The notes: generated by a model not told the origin, from the letters alone. A stretch of 64,000 nt of DNA from Candidatus Micrarchaeota archaeon (GCA_020854825.1 JAHKLY010000001.1:64001-128000); one strand, 5' to 3'; shown: positions 1 to 10,013, counted from the first letter of the stretch. A program made the numbers and translations.

Positions 1-244
1 GAATAAATCCATTTGCAAAAACATTTTCCCATCCTCTTTCATGTTCATAAACACCCATGGATTTTTTATCATAATACCTGTATTTAGTCACTAACACAGC
101 TAATACAAAAAATATTAACATAATAACTAAATAAAAAATATCAATGATCGCTAGCACCATACCCAATATTAATGCTAACACAATCGCTTTTGAATCTAAT
201 AATAAGGTTTTTCTAACATTTGAACCTTTTTCTTTTCTTGTCAT
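1..244 (-). CDS. DUF92 (TIGR00297/TMEM19-like) membrane protein, N-terminal part; runs off the window
   Basis: Manual translation MTRKEKGSNV...hydrophobic helices...EHERGWENVFANGF matches the R-x-x-x-NV-x-ANG DUF92 motif; not in ORF track. Confidence 0.7.
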   Translation of the reverse strand, partial: MTRKEKGSNVRKTLLLDSKAIVLALILGMVLAIIDIFYLVIMLIFFVLAVLVTKYRYYDKKSMGVYEHERGWENVFANGFI

Positions 245-248
245 TTAA

Positions 249-1208
249 TCACTTTCTTATAAGTTTATTTCCGTTAAATTCAAATATGTTTCCTAAAAAC
301 TTTTCAATCACCAGTATATTGCTTTTTGCATGTTCTGATAATTCAGATATATTTAATTCACTTCTTTTATTACATAATGCCAAATAAATTAATATCTGAT
401 CTACCAAATATTTATCTAAACTACTATTAAATCCTTTGAATTCATTAATTGTGTCTTTTGCTATCTTTTCTGCAGGAAACCCTATTTTTCCAAGTCCTGT
501 TGAACCTTTATATCTGGTATATACAGTTATGCAATTACCAGTAGAAGATGAATCTTTTATTATTTTAATATTTTTTGTGTATCCTTTTAATACTTCTATT
601 TCTCTTTTTGCTATATGATCTGGTAAATTACACAATAAAATTTCTGTTTTAATTTCTTCTTTCTTATCTTCAAATCTTAATGATTTTATATATTTAACAG
701 GCCAAATATATATTTCAACCTCTCCTCCTCCTTTTGGATAAAAACCATAAGATAAACAATTAATCTTTGCCTTAATCCCTATTTCTTCTAAAACTGGTAA
801 AAATACTTTTTGTATATATGTAATAGTTGGTGCAAGCGGAACATGTGTACCTCCCTTTATGTTTATTTTTAATTCAGAAGTTATAGAAAAAGCAAGAGGC
901 AATATAGTTTGGATAACCAACCCAATTGCTCCGGCTGTTTGAATGTCAAAAGAGTAATTTTTTGATATTATATTTCCGGGAATAAATATTATCTCCTGAC
1001 TCCCAAAATATGCTCCTTCTACATCTGCATTACAAATTTCTTTTAATGAATTAATACACATTAAATGCTGATTCTTTAATCCTGGTTTTGGTCTATTTTT
1101 ACGTATGTTAAAAATTCTTATGGGTTTGTTTAATATTACACTTAAAGATAAAGAAGTTCTTAGTATTTGACCTCCTCCTTCTTGTCCATCGATTTCAATA
1201 AAATTCAT
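249..1208 (-). CDS. rtcA: RNA 3'-terminal phosphate cyclase
   Basis: IDGQEGGGQILRTSLSLS, R..RPKPGL..QH, GFYPKGGG, DQIL motifs; ATG at 1208 preferred. Confidence 0.92.
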   Translation of the reverse strand: MNFIEIDGQEGGGQILRTSLSLSVILNKPIRIFNIRKNRPKPGLKNQHLMCINSLKEICNADVEGAYFGSQEIIFIPGNIISKNYSFDIQTAGAIGLVIQTILPLAFSITSELKINIKGGTHVPLAPTITYIQKVFLPVLEEIGIKAKINCLSYGFYPKGGGEVEIYIWPVKYIKSLRFEDKKEEIKTEILLCNLPDHIAKREIEVLKGYTKNIKIIKDSSSTGNCITVYTRYKGSTGLGKIGFPAEKIAKDTINEFKGFNSSLDKYLVDQILIYLALCNKRSELNISELSEHAKSNILVIEKFLGNIFEFNGNKLIRK

Positions 1209-1231
1209 ACATTTCCCCCATATATAGAAAT

Positions 1232-1294
1232 AGGCCAGCACGTGCTTACACGCGCTGGCAAGGCGACCAGTTTCCCACCAATTCTTAGAAGACG
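1232..1294 (-). ncRNA. Candidate structured RNA or rtcA leader
   Basis: GC-rich patch in AT-rich intergenic DNA; minus-strand 11-bp hairpin GCCAGCGCGTG-TAAG-CACGTGCTGGC with one G-U pair; TTTAAATA box about 25-30 nt upstream. Confidence 0.35.
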
Positions 1295-1368
1295 GAAGAG
1301 CAAATTTTATTACAATAGCATAGTATTTAAACCTTTTGGTTGCAATAATCTTCTACAATGGTGATACT

Positions 1369-1917
1369 ATGGAAGGAAGTGAAGATAAACAAAGGATCCA
1401 AGAAGTGGAAAATGAAAAAAACAAGTTAATTGAGGAGGCTAAAAAAATCAATAAACGGCTTCATTACAAAAGTTTAGAACTTAAGGCATTACAACCGTTT
1501 ATTGTGGAGAATAAAAATATAAGGGCAGGTCCGTATAGAAAAGAACTAAGGATGCTTGAATTTAAAGTTTCTACACAAGCATACACTCCAAAAATAGAAA
1601 GAGAACTTCTAAAAAAAATTAAAGAAGTAAAAAAACATTTGGATGAAACAATGAGAGTAGAACAAGCTAGAAAAAAGGCTATGTTAGTTGAAAAAGATAT
1701 ATTTGAAATAAACAAGAAAAAAGAAGAAATAGATAAAAAATTAAGTGAAATAAGGGAAGAAATGAATTTATTAAGAGAAAAAATCAAAAAAAGGAGAGAA
1801 GAAAGACAACAACAGCACCAACAAAAACCAAAAATAAAAAATGAGTATACTTCACATAAAAAATCAGATAAGTACTTAAGTTTAGAAGAAATCGTTGAAA
1901 TACATGGAAAAGAATAA
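1369..1917 (+). CDS. Archaeal coiled-coil protein (COG1340-like)
   Basis: Heptad-rich; LEFKVSTQAYTPKIERELLKKI resembles the family motif; GGTGA RBS before ATG 1369. Confidence 0.6.
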   Translation: MEGSEDKQRIQEVENEKNKLIEEAKKINKRLHYKSLELKALQPFIVENKNIRAGPYRKELRMLEFKVSTQAYTPKIERELLKKIKEVKKHLDETMRVEQARKKAMLVEKDIFEINKKKEEIDKKLSEIREEMNLLREKIKKRREERQQQHQQKPKIKNEYTSHKKSDKYLSLEEIVEIHGKE

Positions 1918-1941
1918 ATAATCTGTTTTCCTAATATTTTG

Positions 1942-4311
1942 ATGAAAATATCTGGCTTTTTACTAAACATAGACTATAGTTCAGAAGATATAACTCTTTG
2001 GATTAAAACAAAAACTGGAACTGTAAGGATTACAGATACATATGATCCCTATTTTTACTTAGACGCACCACAAAATGTTATCAAAGATATTGAACTATTT
2101 AAAATTCTTTACAATGGAGAACCTATACAAATTAAGAATTATGAAAAAATAAGATACTGGGTAAAAGGAAAAGAAAAAGAATTATTTAAAATATACTGTT
2201 ATTCTCCTTCTCATATCCCATTAATTAAAAAAGCACTAGAAGATTTTCAATGTTATGAATATAAAATTAGATTTATACAAAGATACTTAATTGATAAACA
2301 ATTATGGCCACTTAAATCATATGAATTTATATATTCTAATAAAATAGATAAAATAGTTCCAATAGACGAAGAAGAAAATTTTAATATATTAGCATTTGAT
2401 ATTGAAACATATAATCCTTCGGGTATTCCAAATGAAAAAAAAGATCCTATAATCATGATAAGTTACGCAGATCAGAAAGAAGCAAAGGTTTTAACATTTA
2501 AAAAGATAAATAGAGAATTTGTAATAACATACACTAATGAAGAAAAAATGCTCGAAAGTTTTTGTAACATTTTAGAAGAAAAAGATATTGATTTAATTTT
2601 AGGTTATAATATAAATCAATTTGATCTTCCATATTTAAGAAAAAGAGCAAGAGTTTTAGGATTGGATTTAACTTTAGGAAAAGAAAATCTTGAGATTTTA
2701 GTTAAAAAAAATGGATCAAATACAAAAATAGAAATACCTGGGAGGATTCCTGTTGATTTATATCCAGTAGCTAGATTTTTGAGCAATATTGGGGCAGTTA
2801 GAATTACAAGATTCACTTTAAAACGGGTTTATCATGAACTTATTGGTGAAAAAAGTGAAACAAAGGAACTTGTAAAAAAAGAAGATATTTGGAAAATGTG
2901 GAATAATGAAAGAGAAAGAGACATACTTGCAGATTATTCATTAGGAGATTCAAAAGCAGTAATAGAAATATCCAAACATTTATTACCTGTTGAAATAGAA
3001 CTAGCCAAAGTATGTGGTTTAACTTTGGAAGAAACTGCTTCTTCAGCAACAGGCAGACTTGTTGAAAGTTTATTAATGCGTAAAGCACATGAACGAAATG
3101 AAATAATTCCAGAAATACCAAGACACCATGAAGTATTAGAAAGACAAAGAAATCCTATAAAGGCTGCATACGTTAAAATTCCAGAACCTGGAATTTATAT
3201 TAATATTGCAGTTTTTGATTTTAGAAGTTTGTATCCTTCTATTATTATTTCACATAATATAGATCCATTTACTTTGAATTGTGATTGTTGTGAAAATACA
3301 CATGTTTCTCCATTAGGGCATAAATTTTGTAAAAAAAGAAAAGGGATAATCCCTGAAACTCTAGAAGAATTAATAACTAAAAGAATTAAATTAAAAAAAG
3401 AAATGAAAAAATTAACAAAAGATTCAGAAGAATACAATAAAATATTTGCTAGACAATGGGCATTAAAGATTCTTGCAAATAGTTTTTACGGTCAGACAGT
3501 ATATCCAAGAGCAAGATGGTATTCAAGAGAATGTGGCTCTAGTATCACTTCATGGGGGCGACATTATATTTTATCAACAATTGAAAAAGCAGAAAAACTA
3601 GGATTTGACGTTTTATATTCAGATACAGATTCAATACTTCTAATCCTTAAAAATAAAACAAAAAAAGAGGCACTAGAATTTATGGAATCAATAAACAAAG
3701 AACTACCTGGAAATATGGAATTAGAATTAGAAGACTTTTATCCGAGAGGAGTATTTGTAAGTAAAAGAACTTCAGCAACAGGTGCAAAAAAGAAATATGC
3801 ATTGATAGATGAAAAAGGGATGATAAAAATAAGAGGTTTTGAATTAGTAAGAAGAGACTGGTCCAAAATAGCAAAAAAAACCCAAATGGATATATTAAAA
3901 GCAATATTACAAGATGGAGATAAAGAAAAAGCAGTCAAAATTGTTAAACAAACTATTCAAGAATTAAAAGAGGGTAAAATACCTTTAGAAGATTTAGTTA
4001 TTTACACCCAATTACAAAAAAATATTCATTCTTATGCGATTAAATCACCAGAAGTAAGCGCTGCTAAAAAAGCAATAAAAAGAGGTAAAAAAATAGAAAG
4101 TGGTGCATTAGTTGGGTATATAATAACAAAAAACGGCAGTTCAATATCAGATAAAGCTGAATTATTAGAATTTGCTGAAGATTATGATCCTGAGTATTAT
4201 ATTAATAAACAAATTATGCCTGCTGTTTTAAAGATATTAAAAGAATTGGGATACGAAGAAGACGAATTAAAAGCTAAAGGCAAACAAATAGGGTTAGATA
4301 GTTTTTTTTAA
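1942..4311 (+). CDS. polB: Family B DNA polymerase (PolB3-type), no intein
   Basis: Exo I FDIET, Exo II GYNINQFD, DFRSLYPSII, KILANSFYG, YSDTDS, KKKYA, C-terminal PIP box QIGLDSFF. Confidence 0.97.
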   Translation: MKISGFLLNIDYSSEDITLWIKTKTGTVRITDTYDPYFYLDAPQNVIKDIELFKILYNGEPIQIKNYEKIRYWVKGKEKELFKIYCYSPSHIPLIKKALEDFQCYEYKIRFIQRYLIDKQLWPLKSYEFIYSNKIDKIVPIDEEENFNILAFDIETYNPSGIPNEKKDPIIMISYADQKEAKVLTFKKINREFVITYTNEEKMLESFCNILEEKDIDLILGYNINQFDLPYLRKRARVLGLDLTLGKENLEILVKKNGSNTKIEIPGRIPVDLYPVARFLSNIGAVRITRFTLKRVYHELIGEKSETKELVKKEDIWKMWNNERERDILADYSLGDSKAVIEISKHLLPVEIELAKVCGLTLEETASSATGRLVESLLMRKAHERNEIIPEIPRHHEVLERQRNPIKAAYVKIPEPGIYINIAVFDFRSLYPSIIISHNIDPFTLNCDCCENTHVSPLGHKFCKKRKGIIPETLEELITKRIKLKKEMKKLTKDSEEYNKIFARQWALKILANSFYGQTVYPRARWYSRECGSSITSWGRHYILSTIEKAEKLGFDVLYSDTDSILLILKNKTKKEALEFMESINKELPGNMELELEDFYPRGVFVSKRTSATGAKKKYALIDEKGMIKIRGFELVRRDWSKIAKKTQMDILKAILQDGDKEKAVKIVKQTIQELKEGKIPLEDLVIYTQLQKNIHSYAIKSPEVSAAKKAIKRGKKIESGALVGYIITKNGSSISDKAELLEFAEDYDPEYYINKQIMPAVLKILKELGYEEDELKAKGKQIGLDSFF

Positions 4312-4327
4312 ATGTTATTAAATATTA

Positions 4328-5637
4328 TTAACTCTTTTTTTCTCTTTCTTGTTTTTTAGCTTGTGCTATTTGCATATCTATAAGATATGAAAACGTATAT
4401 TGTGCATCTTGTTCATTTAAATAAAGCGACTTTTGAGCATATTGATCATCTCCTGAATAAATAAAAACTGCTGTTCCCCCTCGTATTTTATCAATAATAT
4501 ATTTAGATTCTCTATCATCAATTGAAGGACAGCCATGACTACAGCCTAACCTATACTTCCCGTCTGAATAATTCATTGGTTCTCTAGAATATTTTGCTCC
4601 ATGCATTACTATTCCGCGCCTTTGCATATTATTATTAACTTCTTCTAATCCAATCAAAATTAATGAATATCCATTTTTTTCACTATTATATGTCCAACCA
4701 GAGTTACTGCAAGTCCCATACTGGACTTATTATCATTAGGTATGTTTGAGAACTCTGCCATTTCTGATTTTTCAGTCTTTTTTGCCCCATGTGAAACATA
4801 TAATACATTCTCTATCTTCTTATTCTCCATATTTAAAACAAATAATCTTTTTTCATAAGAAGGCAAAGAATAATCAATTATAGTTAAAAAATCTGATCTT
4901 GTTATCTCTCCTAGTTTTAATCCATTTAAATATGCAACAATTGCTTGTTCAAAACATTCAAAACTTAATCCTTGTTCCTGTGCATTGAACTTCTCATACT
5001 CTTGTCTTATCCAATAAGTAACTGACTTCTTTCCTTTTTCTAAAAAATCTTCTATTGTATCTACATCCACAATGTGCGCTGCACTTTCTAAAGTATCTGT
5101 AGATACAAAAGTCCTATCTGTATCTGTAACAGAGGGTTGGAATATTTCTGTTTCAATTTGTGACGAGATATCAAAATTCTCTTTTGGCAAGTATCCTTCT
5201 AAAAACTTTGGGACCAATTTTATCCTCTGTTCAGTCAATTGAGTATATCTATTTTCATTATCTTTTAACATCTTCTCAATTTTTTCTTTTGCCCAAACAG
5301 TACTTATACTAGAAATAAGAACTTCAATTGTTTCTTCTTGTTTAAAAGATTCTATCGCAGTATTAACAATGTTTTTTCCGTTTGCATATCCTTCTAAATA
5401 CCAAACATATGCAATTACTTCTAATAATTGAGTTCTTTTTGGTTCTCCCATATTTTCTAAATCGAGATTTGATTTTATAATGCTATCTTTAGCTCTCCAA
5501 AATGCCTCATGTAATAAATCTCTTTTTCCAATAGGTATATTCAAATACTTTCCAAAATTATTCATCAATTCTAATTCGTGTTTAGTTAAAGTGGCTGTTA
5601 CTTTACTTTCCCAATAAGTTTGTTTAATATGCCCCAT
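4328..5637 (-). pseudogene. Murein L,D-transpeptidase catalytic-domain (YkuD_2-like) protein split by a one-base frameshift near 4675-4705
   Basis: ORF 4660-5637 ends IIDYSLPS.EKRLFV...VSHG...FSN...KSSMG; the other frame continues TYNSEKNGYSLILIGLE into ORF 4328-4657 with IVMHGAKY and GCSHGCP. Confidence 0.8.
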
Positions 5638-5689
5638 ACAATTAATGTATTAGTTTCTATTTATAAATATTTCAGATTAAAAAATAGGT

Positions 5690-6586
5690 ATGGAAAAAGA
5701 AGAAGATATTAAAAATTACATAAAAGCAGGACAAATAGCAAACAAAATTTTAAATAACAGTAAAAAAATGATTATCCCAGGAGAATCTTATTTAGATATA
5801 GCTGAAACTATTGAAAAAATGATAATTGATGAAGGAGGCAAACCTGCTTTTCCTACAAATATTAGTATTAATGAAAATGCAGCTCATTACACACCAAAAA
5901 TTAATGATAATAAAATTTTAGAGGATAATGATTTAGTTAAAATAGATTTTGGGATACATATAGGAGGTTGTATTTCAGATAATGCGTATACTATTGATTT
6001 AAGTGGCGAACATGCAAAATTAGTTGAAGCATCAAAAAATGCATTAGATGCAGCAACATCATATATGAAAGCTGGAAGAAAGGTTGGAGATATCGGAGAA
6101 ATAATAGAAAACGAAATTAAAAAAATGGGTTTTAAACCAATTGAAAATTTAACCGGACATATGCTTAAACCATATTTATTACATGCAGGTGAAATAATTC
6201 CAAATATTAAAACAGACGATGATTATATTTTAAAAGAGGGAGATATTTTTGCAGTTGAACCTTTTGCAACAAATGGTTACGGAGCAGTAAAAGAAGGTTT
6301 AGATTTGGAAATATATTCTTTAGCTGAAATGAAAAATGTTAGAATGAGACAATCAAGACAAGTTTTAGCGCACATAATCCAAAATTATTTTGCTTTACCA
6401 TTTGCAAGGAGATGGTTATCTCCTGTAATAAATTCACAAATAGCATTAAGCGCAGCATTAAGAGAATTAACAAGAAGTGGGATATTAACTACTTACCCAG
6501 TTCTTAAAGAAGTTGATAATGGATTAGTATCACAAGCAGAACATACTGTTATTATTGAAAAAGATTCTGTAAAGATTTTATTGTGA
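5690..6586 (+). CDS. map: Type II methionine aminopeptidase
   Basis: AFPTNISINENAAHYTP, DFGIH, ISDNAYT, NLTGH, AVEPFAT, SQAEHT. Confidence 0.97.
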   Translation: MEKEEDIKNYIKAGQIANKILNNSKKMIIPGESYLDIAETIEKMIIDEGGKPAFPTNISINENAAHYTPKINDNKILEDNDLVKIDFGIHIGGCISDNAYTIDLSGEHAKLVEASKNALDAATSYMKAGRKVGDIGEIIENEIKKMGFKPIENLTGHMLKPYLLHAGEIIPNIKTDDDYILKEGDIFAVEPFATNGYGAVKEGLDLEIYSLAEMKNVRMRQSRQVLAHIIQNYFALPFARRWLSPVINSQIALSAALRELTRSGILTTYPVLKEVDNGLVSQAEHTVIIEKDSVKILL

Positions 6587-6627
6587 ACTCAAAAGATAAT
6601 TAATAATCAGAATATTGAAATTAATTT

Positions 6628-7518
6628 TCATTTTACGTACTCTTTATACTGTATACCAAATAACTCATAGATATATTTTACAAAGTCTTTTTCTTTATTA
6701 TCAGAGTCATATTTTTGTAAAACTAAATAATAATACATTTTTTCATCATTAAATATATTTATCAAAGGATATTCTGCGTTTAACATAATAAAATTCATTA
6801 AAAGTCTTGCTACTCTTCCATTTCCATCTCCAAAAGGATGAATTTTCACAAATTTTAGGTGCATTAGAGAAGCTAATTCAATTATATGAAGTTTATTTTT
6901 GTTTATATTATACCACCCTATTAATTCGAACATGAGTTTTGGTAATTCTTGATACTTAGGACAAAAATAATTACCTACTTTCACATCATAAATTCTAAAT
7001 TTTCCAGCATCCTGCATAAGCCCATTCATTTCTATTTTATGGAGCTTTAGTATAAACTCTATACTTATATCCTCTTTATACATAAATAAATAATCAATAC
7101 ACTGTTTCATATTTTTTATTTCTTTTACATCTCTTTTCTTTGTTTCTAATCCTTTAATTTTTTTACCTTTTAATACTTCTTCAGTATCTTTAAGAGATAA
7201 TGTATTCCCTTCTATTGCATTTGTGTTATAAATAAAACTTATTAATTTCTGTTTCTCAGTTTTCCATAACGTTTTATCAATTTTATATTTTTTAGAATAT
7301 TCTTTTTTTATTTTATCAACAATTTTCAATTGTCGTTTAGTCAGATAATGCTTTATTTTAATTTTCGTTTTCTTCTTTTTCAAATATTTCTCTATATCTT
7401 TTGGGATTTTTGTCCCAAGATATTTTCTCTTTTTCTTAAACTTCCCATTAACTCTTTTTGTTTTAGTAAGATAGTAATAAATGTTACCGTTTATTTTTTT
7501 CTTTTCAATATATGCCAT
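6628..7518 (-). CDS. Fic-family protein with basic N-terminal extension
   Basis: Canonical HPFGDGNGRVAR motif; YNTNAIEGNTL. Confidence 0.93.
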   Translation of the reverse strand: MAYIEKKKINGNIYYYLTKTKRVNGKFKKKRKYLGTKIPKDIEKYLKKKKTKIKIKHYLTKRQLKIVDKIKKEYSKKYKIDKTLWKTEKQKLISFIYNTNAIEGNTLSLKDTEEVLKGKKIKGLETKKRDVKEIKNMKQCIDYLFMYKEDISIEFILKLHKIEMNGLMQDAGKFRIYDVKVGNYFCPKYQELPKLMFELIGWYNINKNKLHIIELASLMHLKFVKIHPFGDGNGRVARLLMNFIMLNAEYPLINIFNDEKMYYYLVLQKYDSDNKEKDFVKYIYELFGIQYKEYVK

Positions 7519-7533
7519 TTTATCAAATTTATT

Positions 7534-7567
7534 GGGGGCACAAAGCTTAAAAGCGTTTAGGGGGCAC
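7534..7567. promoter_or_regulatory. GGGGGCAC direct repeat (7534-7541, 7560-7567) flanking the putative TATA box of the first fic gene
   Basis: Two exact 8-mers 26 bp apart bracketing CTTAAAAG. Confidence 0.45.
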
Positions 7568-7626
7568 GGAGACTACCAAAAGTATTATAGTCACCAGTTC
7601 CTGGAGCTCTGATAATTAAACAATGT

Positions 7627-8363
7627 TTAACAATCAACAAACTTTCTAGATTTTTTTAAAAAATCTGTGAAATTTTTTCTTTTTTCATAAATTTCTTGTA
7701 ATCCATATACTACTGGTTTTCCGTTTATTAAATATAAATCATATTCTTTATAAGAAGAAAATGGATACTTAAATATGTGCTGAATTTTTTTATCATTTAA
7801 GATAATCTTTGGAACCATTTCACTTAAATGCCATATTTTATTTGGTGCTTCAAATTTAGAGATATCATCTTTTGGAAATATCTTTTTCCACTTATCAAAA
7901 TAAATAAAATGTAATAACTCATGTATTGTAATTGCTTTCATATTTTTTATATTTTCTTTATAGTATAAATCAAATGTTCTTTTTTCTAAATATCTTGGCA
8001 TATTGGATTTAAAGATATTCTTGCTTGAATTATTTTATCTTCTCTCAACCAATTAGTTTCAATAATTTCGGAAAATGCAATCATTATTTCATCATTAATT
8101 TTATCCCATTCTTTCTGAAAAATCATTATTTTTTTATTTAAAAGAGAACTATTTTTATGAAACTCATTTGTAAAAAAAGAAGATACAACTTTTTTCCTTT
8201 CTTTTTTAGTTCTACAATCTTTTAATTCATTTTTTAATTGAGGATATACTGTAAATATGGTTTTACTCCATTTTGTTGTATTTTCAAAATTCAAAAATGT
8301 ATTGATTACATCAATAGATTCATCTAACGGACAAACAATAAATTTAACTTTTGGGATAACCAT
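7627..8363 (-). pseudogene. Putative HExxH zinc metallopeptidase-like protein split by a one-base frameshift at about 7998
   Basis: ISLNPIC then PRYLEK in the adjacent frame (one extra C restores TGC CCA AGA); IHELLH and LSE motifs downstream. Confidence 0.6.
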
Positions 8364-8450
8364 ATATTTTTTAAAACAACAAAGAGTTTAAATCTTTAAA
8401 TAATTTTTATCCTCCCTTTATACCAGATGTATTTAACTATTAAAATACTG

Positions 8451-8513
8451 AAGGTAGGGCATAACTTTTGAAACAAACTAATTTTAAAGAGATAAAAGGT
8501 AGGGCATAACTTT
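8451..8513 (+). repeat. Perfect 18-bp direct repeat AAGGTAGGGCATAACTTT x2 upstream of the second fic gene
   Basis: Copies at 8451-8468 and 8496-8513; the second overlaps the TATA-like TTTAAAAA. Confidence 0.85.
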
Positions 8514-8540
8514 AAAAAGAAGTAGATTTATATTATAAAT

Positions 8541-9458
8541 ATGGTATATTTAAAGAAACGAACAGTTAAGGGAATAGACTACTATTATGCAGTAGAAAAC
8601 AAAAAGCTTAATGGAAAAATTGTACAAAAAAATGCATATTATTTTGGAAATAAAAAACCAAATAAATATGAATGGCAAGCTGTTGTTTATGCTCTTAAAA
8701 ATAAAGATGTTTTTAATCCAAAAAAACATGAGATAACTAAAGATCAGATCAAAAGAATAATAGAAATAAACAAAAGAATGCAAAAAGATTTTAAAGAAAT
8801 GTCAAGGAGTGAAAAAGACAATTTTAATGAAAAATTTTATAATGAATATATTTACAATACAAATTCTATCGAAGGTTCAACTTTAACTAAAAAAGAAACT
8901 TATTTTGTCACACATGATAATAAAGGAATTGAAGGAAAAGATTTGAAAGAAATATATATGGCTAGAAACTTAAATTATGCAATAAAATTTATAAAGGATT
9001 ACAAGGGAGATTTAACTCTAAGATTTATTAAGAAATTACATAGTATAATACAAGAAAATATTCAACCAAAAGAAGAATTAGGAAAATATAAAAAAAGACA
9101 AAATTACATTATTGGAAATGATTTTATACCTACTCCTCCCGCATTAGTTAAAAAAAGAATGATGAGTTTAATAGGATGGTACGGGCATAACAAAAAGAAA
9201 TATTCTCCTTTTGAATTAGCATGTATATTCCATATAAAATTCGTAAGCATCCATCCATTTATAGATGGAAATGGAAGAACAGCAAGATTAATACATAATT
9301 TCATTTTAGAAAAAAATGATATTATACCCATTATTTATAGAACAAAAACAAAACAAAAATATTATTCAGCTTTAAAAAATGCACAAATGCACGGATTGCA
9401 TAAACCATTTATAGATTACTCGTTTGAAGAATTCATAAATACTTACGAGGGATATTAA
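8541..9458 (+). CDS. Fic-family protein with basic N-terminal extension
   Basis: HPFIDGNGRTAR; YNTNSIEGSTL; N-terminal YLKKRTVKG..YYY similar to the first Fic. Confidence 0.93.
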   Translation: MVYLKKRTVKGIDYYYAVENKKLNGKIVQKNAYYFGNKKPNKYEWQAVVYALKNKDVFNPKKHEITKDQIKRIIEINKRMQKDFKEMSRSEKDNFNEKFYNEYIYNTNSIEGSTLTKKETYFVTHDNKGIEGKDLKEIYMARNLNYAIKFIKDYKGDLTLRFIKKLHSIIQENIQPKEELGKYKKRQNYIIGNDFIPTPPALVKKRMMSLIGWYGHNKKKYSPFELACIFHIKFVSIHPFIDGNGRTARLIHNFILEKNDIIPIIYRTKTKQKYYSALKNAQMHGLHKPFIDYSFEEFINTYEGY

Positions 9459-9970
9459 CAAATTTCTTTGATAATTGTTTCTTTTTCAATAATTCTATCT
9501 ATTCTTATAGTATCAGTTGATGTACTTGTTTTATCTTCTCCTATTAATACTCGTATATACATATTTTCCCCTCCTGAAATATCACCTACTAGCGTATCAA
9601 CTTTGATATCTTTTCCTCCTGTGATATCTCCAACCATTGCATCTAAATCAATATTTGAACCATTTGTTATATCCCCATAAAGTTCATTAGCAGTAATATC
9701 TTCCCCTCCGGTAATATCTCCAGTTATCTTTTCTGCTTCAATTCCTTTCCCACCTTTAATATCTCCTTCAATTTCTCTTGCTTTAATAGAACCTGAAACT
9801 ATATCTCCCCGAATATCTGGACTTTGTTTATTAAACATATTTCCAATATGACTTAAAAGATGGTTTGGATTTAAATTACCGAAATCAATCATACCAAATG
9901 CAAATAAAATAGAAAAAAGAAAAACAATTACTACAACTCCTAAAAAAAATTTAAACATATTTGTAATCAT
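9455..9970 (-). CDS. Membrane-anchored protein with 15-aa GDIxGG repeats (probable beta-solenoid)
   Basis: N-terminal TM helix followed by about six GDI(T/K/S/V)xG units. Confidence 0.65.
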   Translation of the reverse strand: MITNMFKFFLGVVVIVFLFSILFAFGMIDFGNLNPNHLLSHIGNMFNKQSPDIRGDIVSGSIKAREIEGDIKGGKGIEAEKITGDITGGEDITANELYGDITNGSNIDLDAMVGDITGGKDIKVDTLVGDISGGENMYIRVLIGEDKTSTSTDTIRIDRIIEKETIIKEIC

Positions 9971-10013
9971 AGATTAATTTATAAATGGAAAACTATAAAA
10001 AGGATATTAGCAT

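Noticed and set aside
1232-1294. HDV-like ribozyme, SRP helix 8 or split-tRNA half
   Set aside because: Only 14 nt inside the first helix (too short for HDV P2/P3); no paired SRP motif; no T-loop or anticodon arm
1464-1970. Antisense and nested ORFs in the track (e.g. 1464-1970, 12678-13013, 34133-34681, 54076-54381)
   Set aside because: Shadow frames of well-supported genes; Phe/Leu/Ile richness comes from the A-rich coding strand
1942-4311. Intein or viral/casposon-type PolB
   Set aside because: Normal length, contiguous motifs, PIP box and housekeeping context
8451-8513. CRISPR mini-array
   Set aside because: Only two 18-bp copies, not palindromic, no cas operon; overlap with the TATA box fits an operator better
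6628-9970. tRNA-integrated provirus or integrative element
   Set aside because: No integrase, no duplicated tRNA end found, and the block lies on the 5' side of the tRNA
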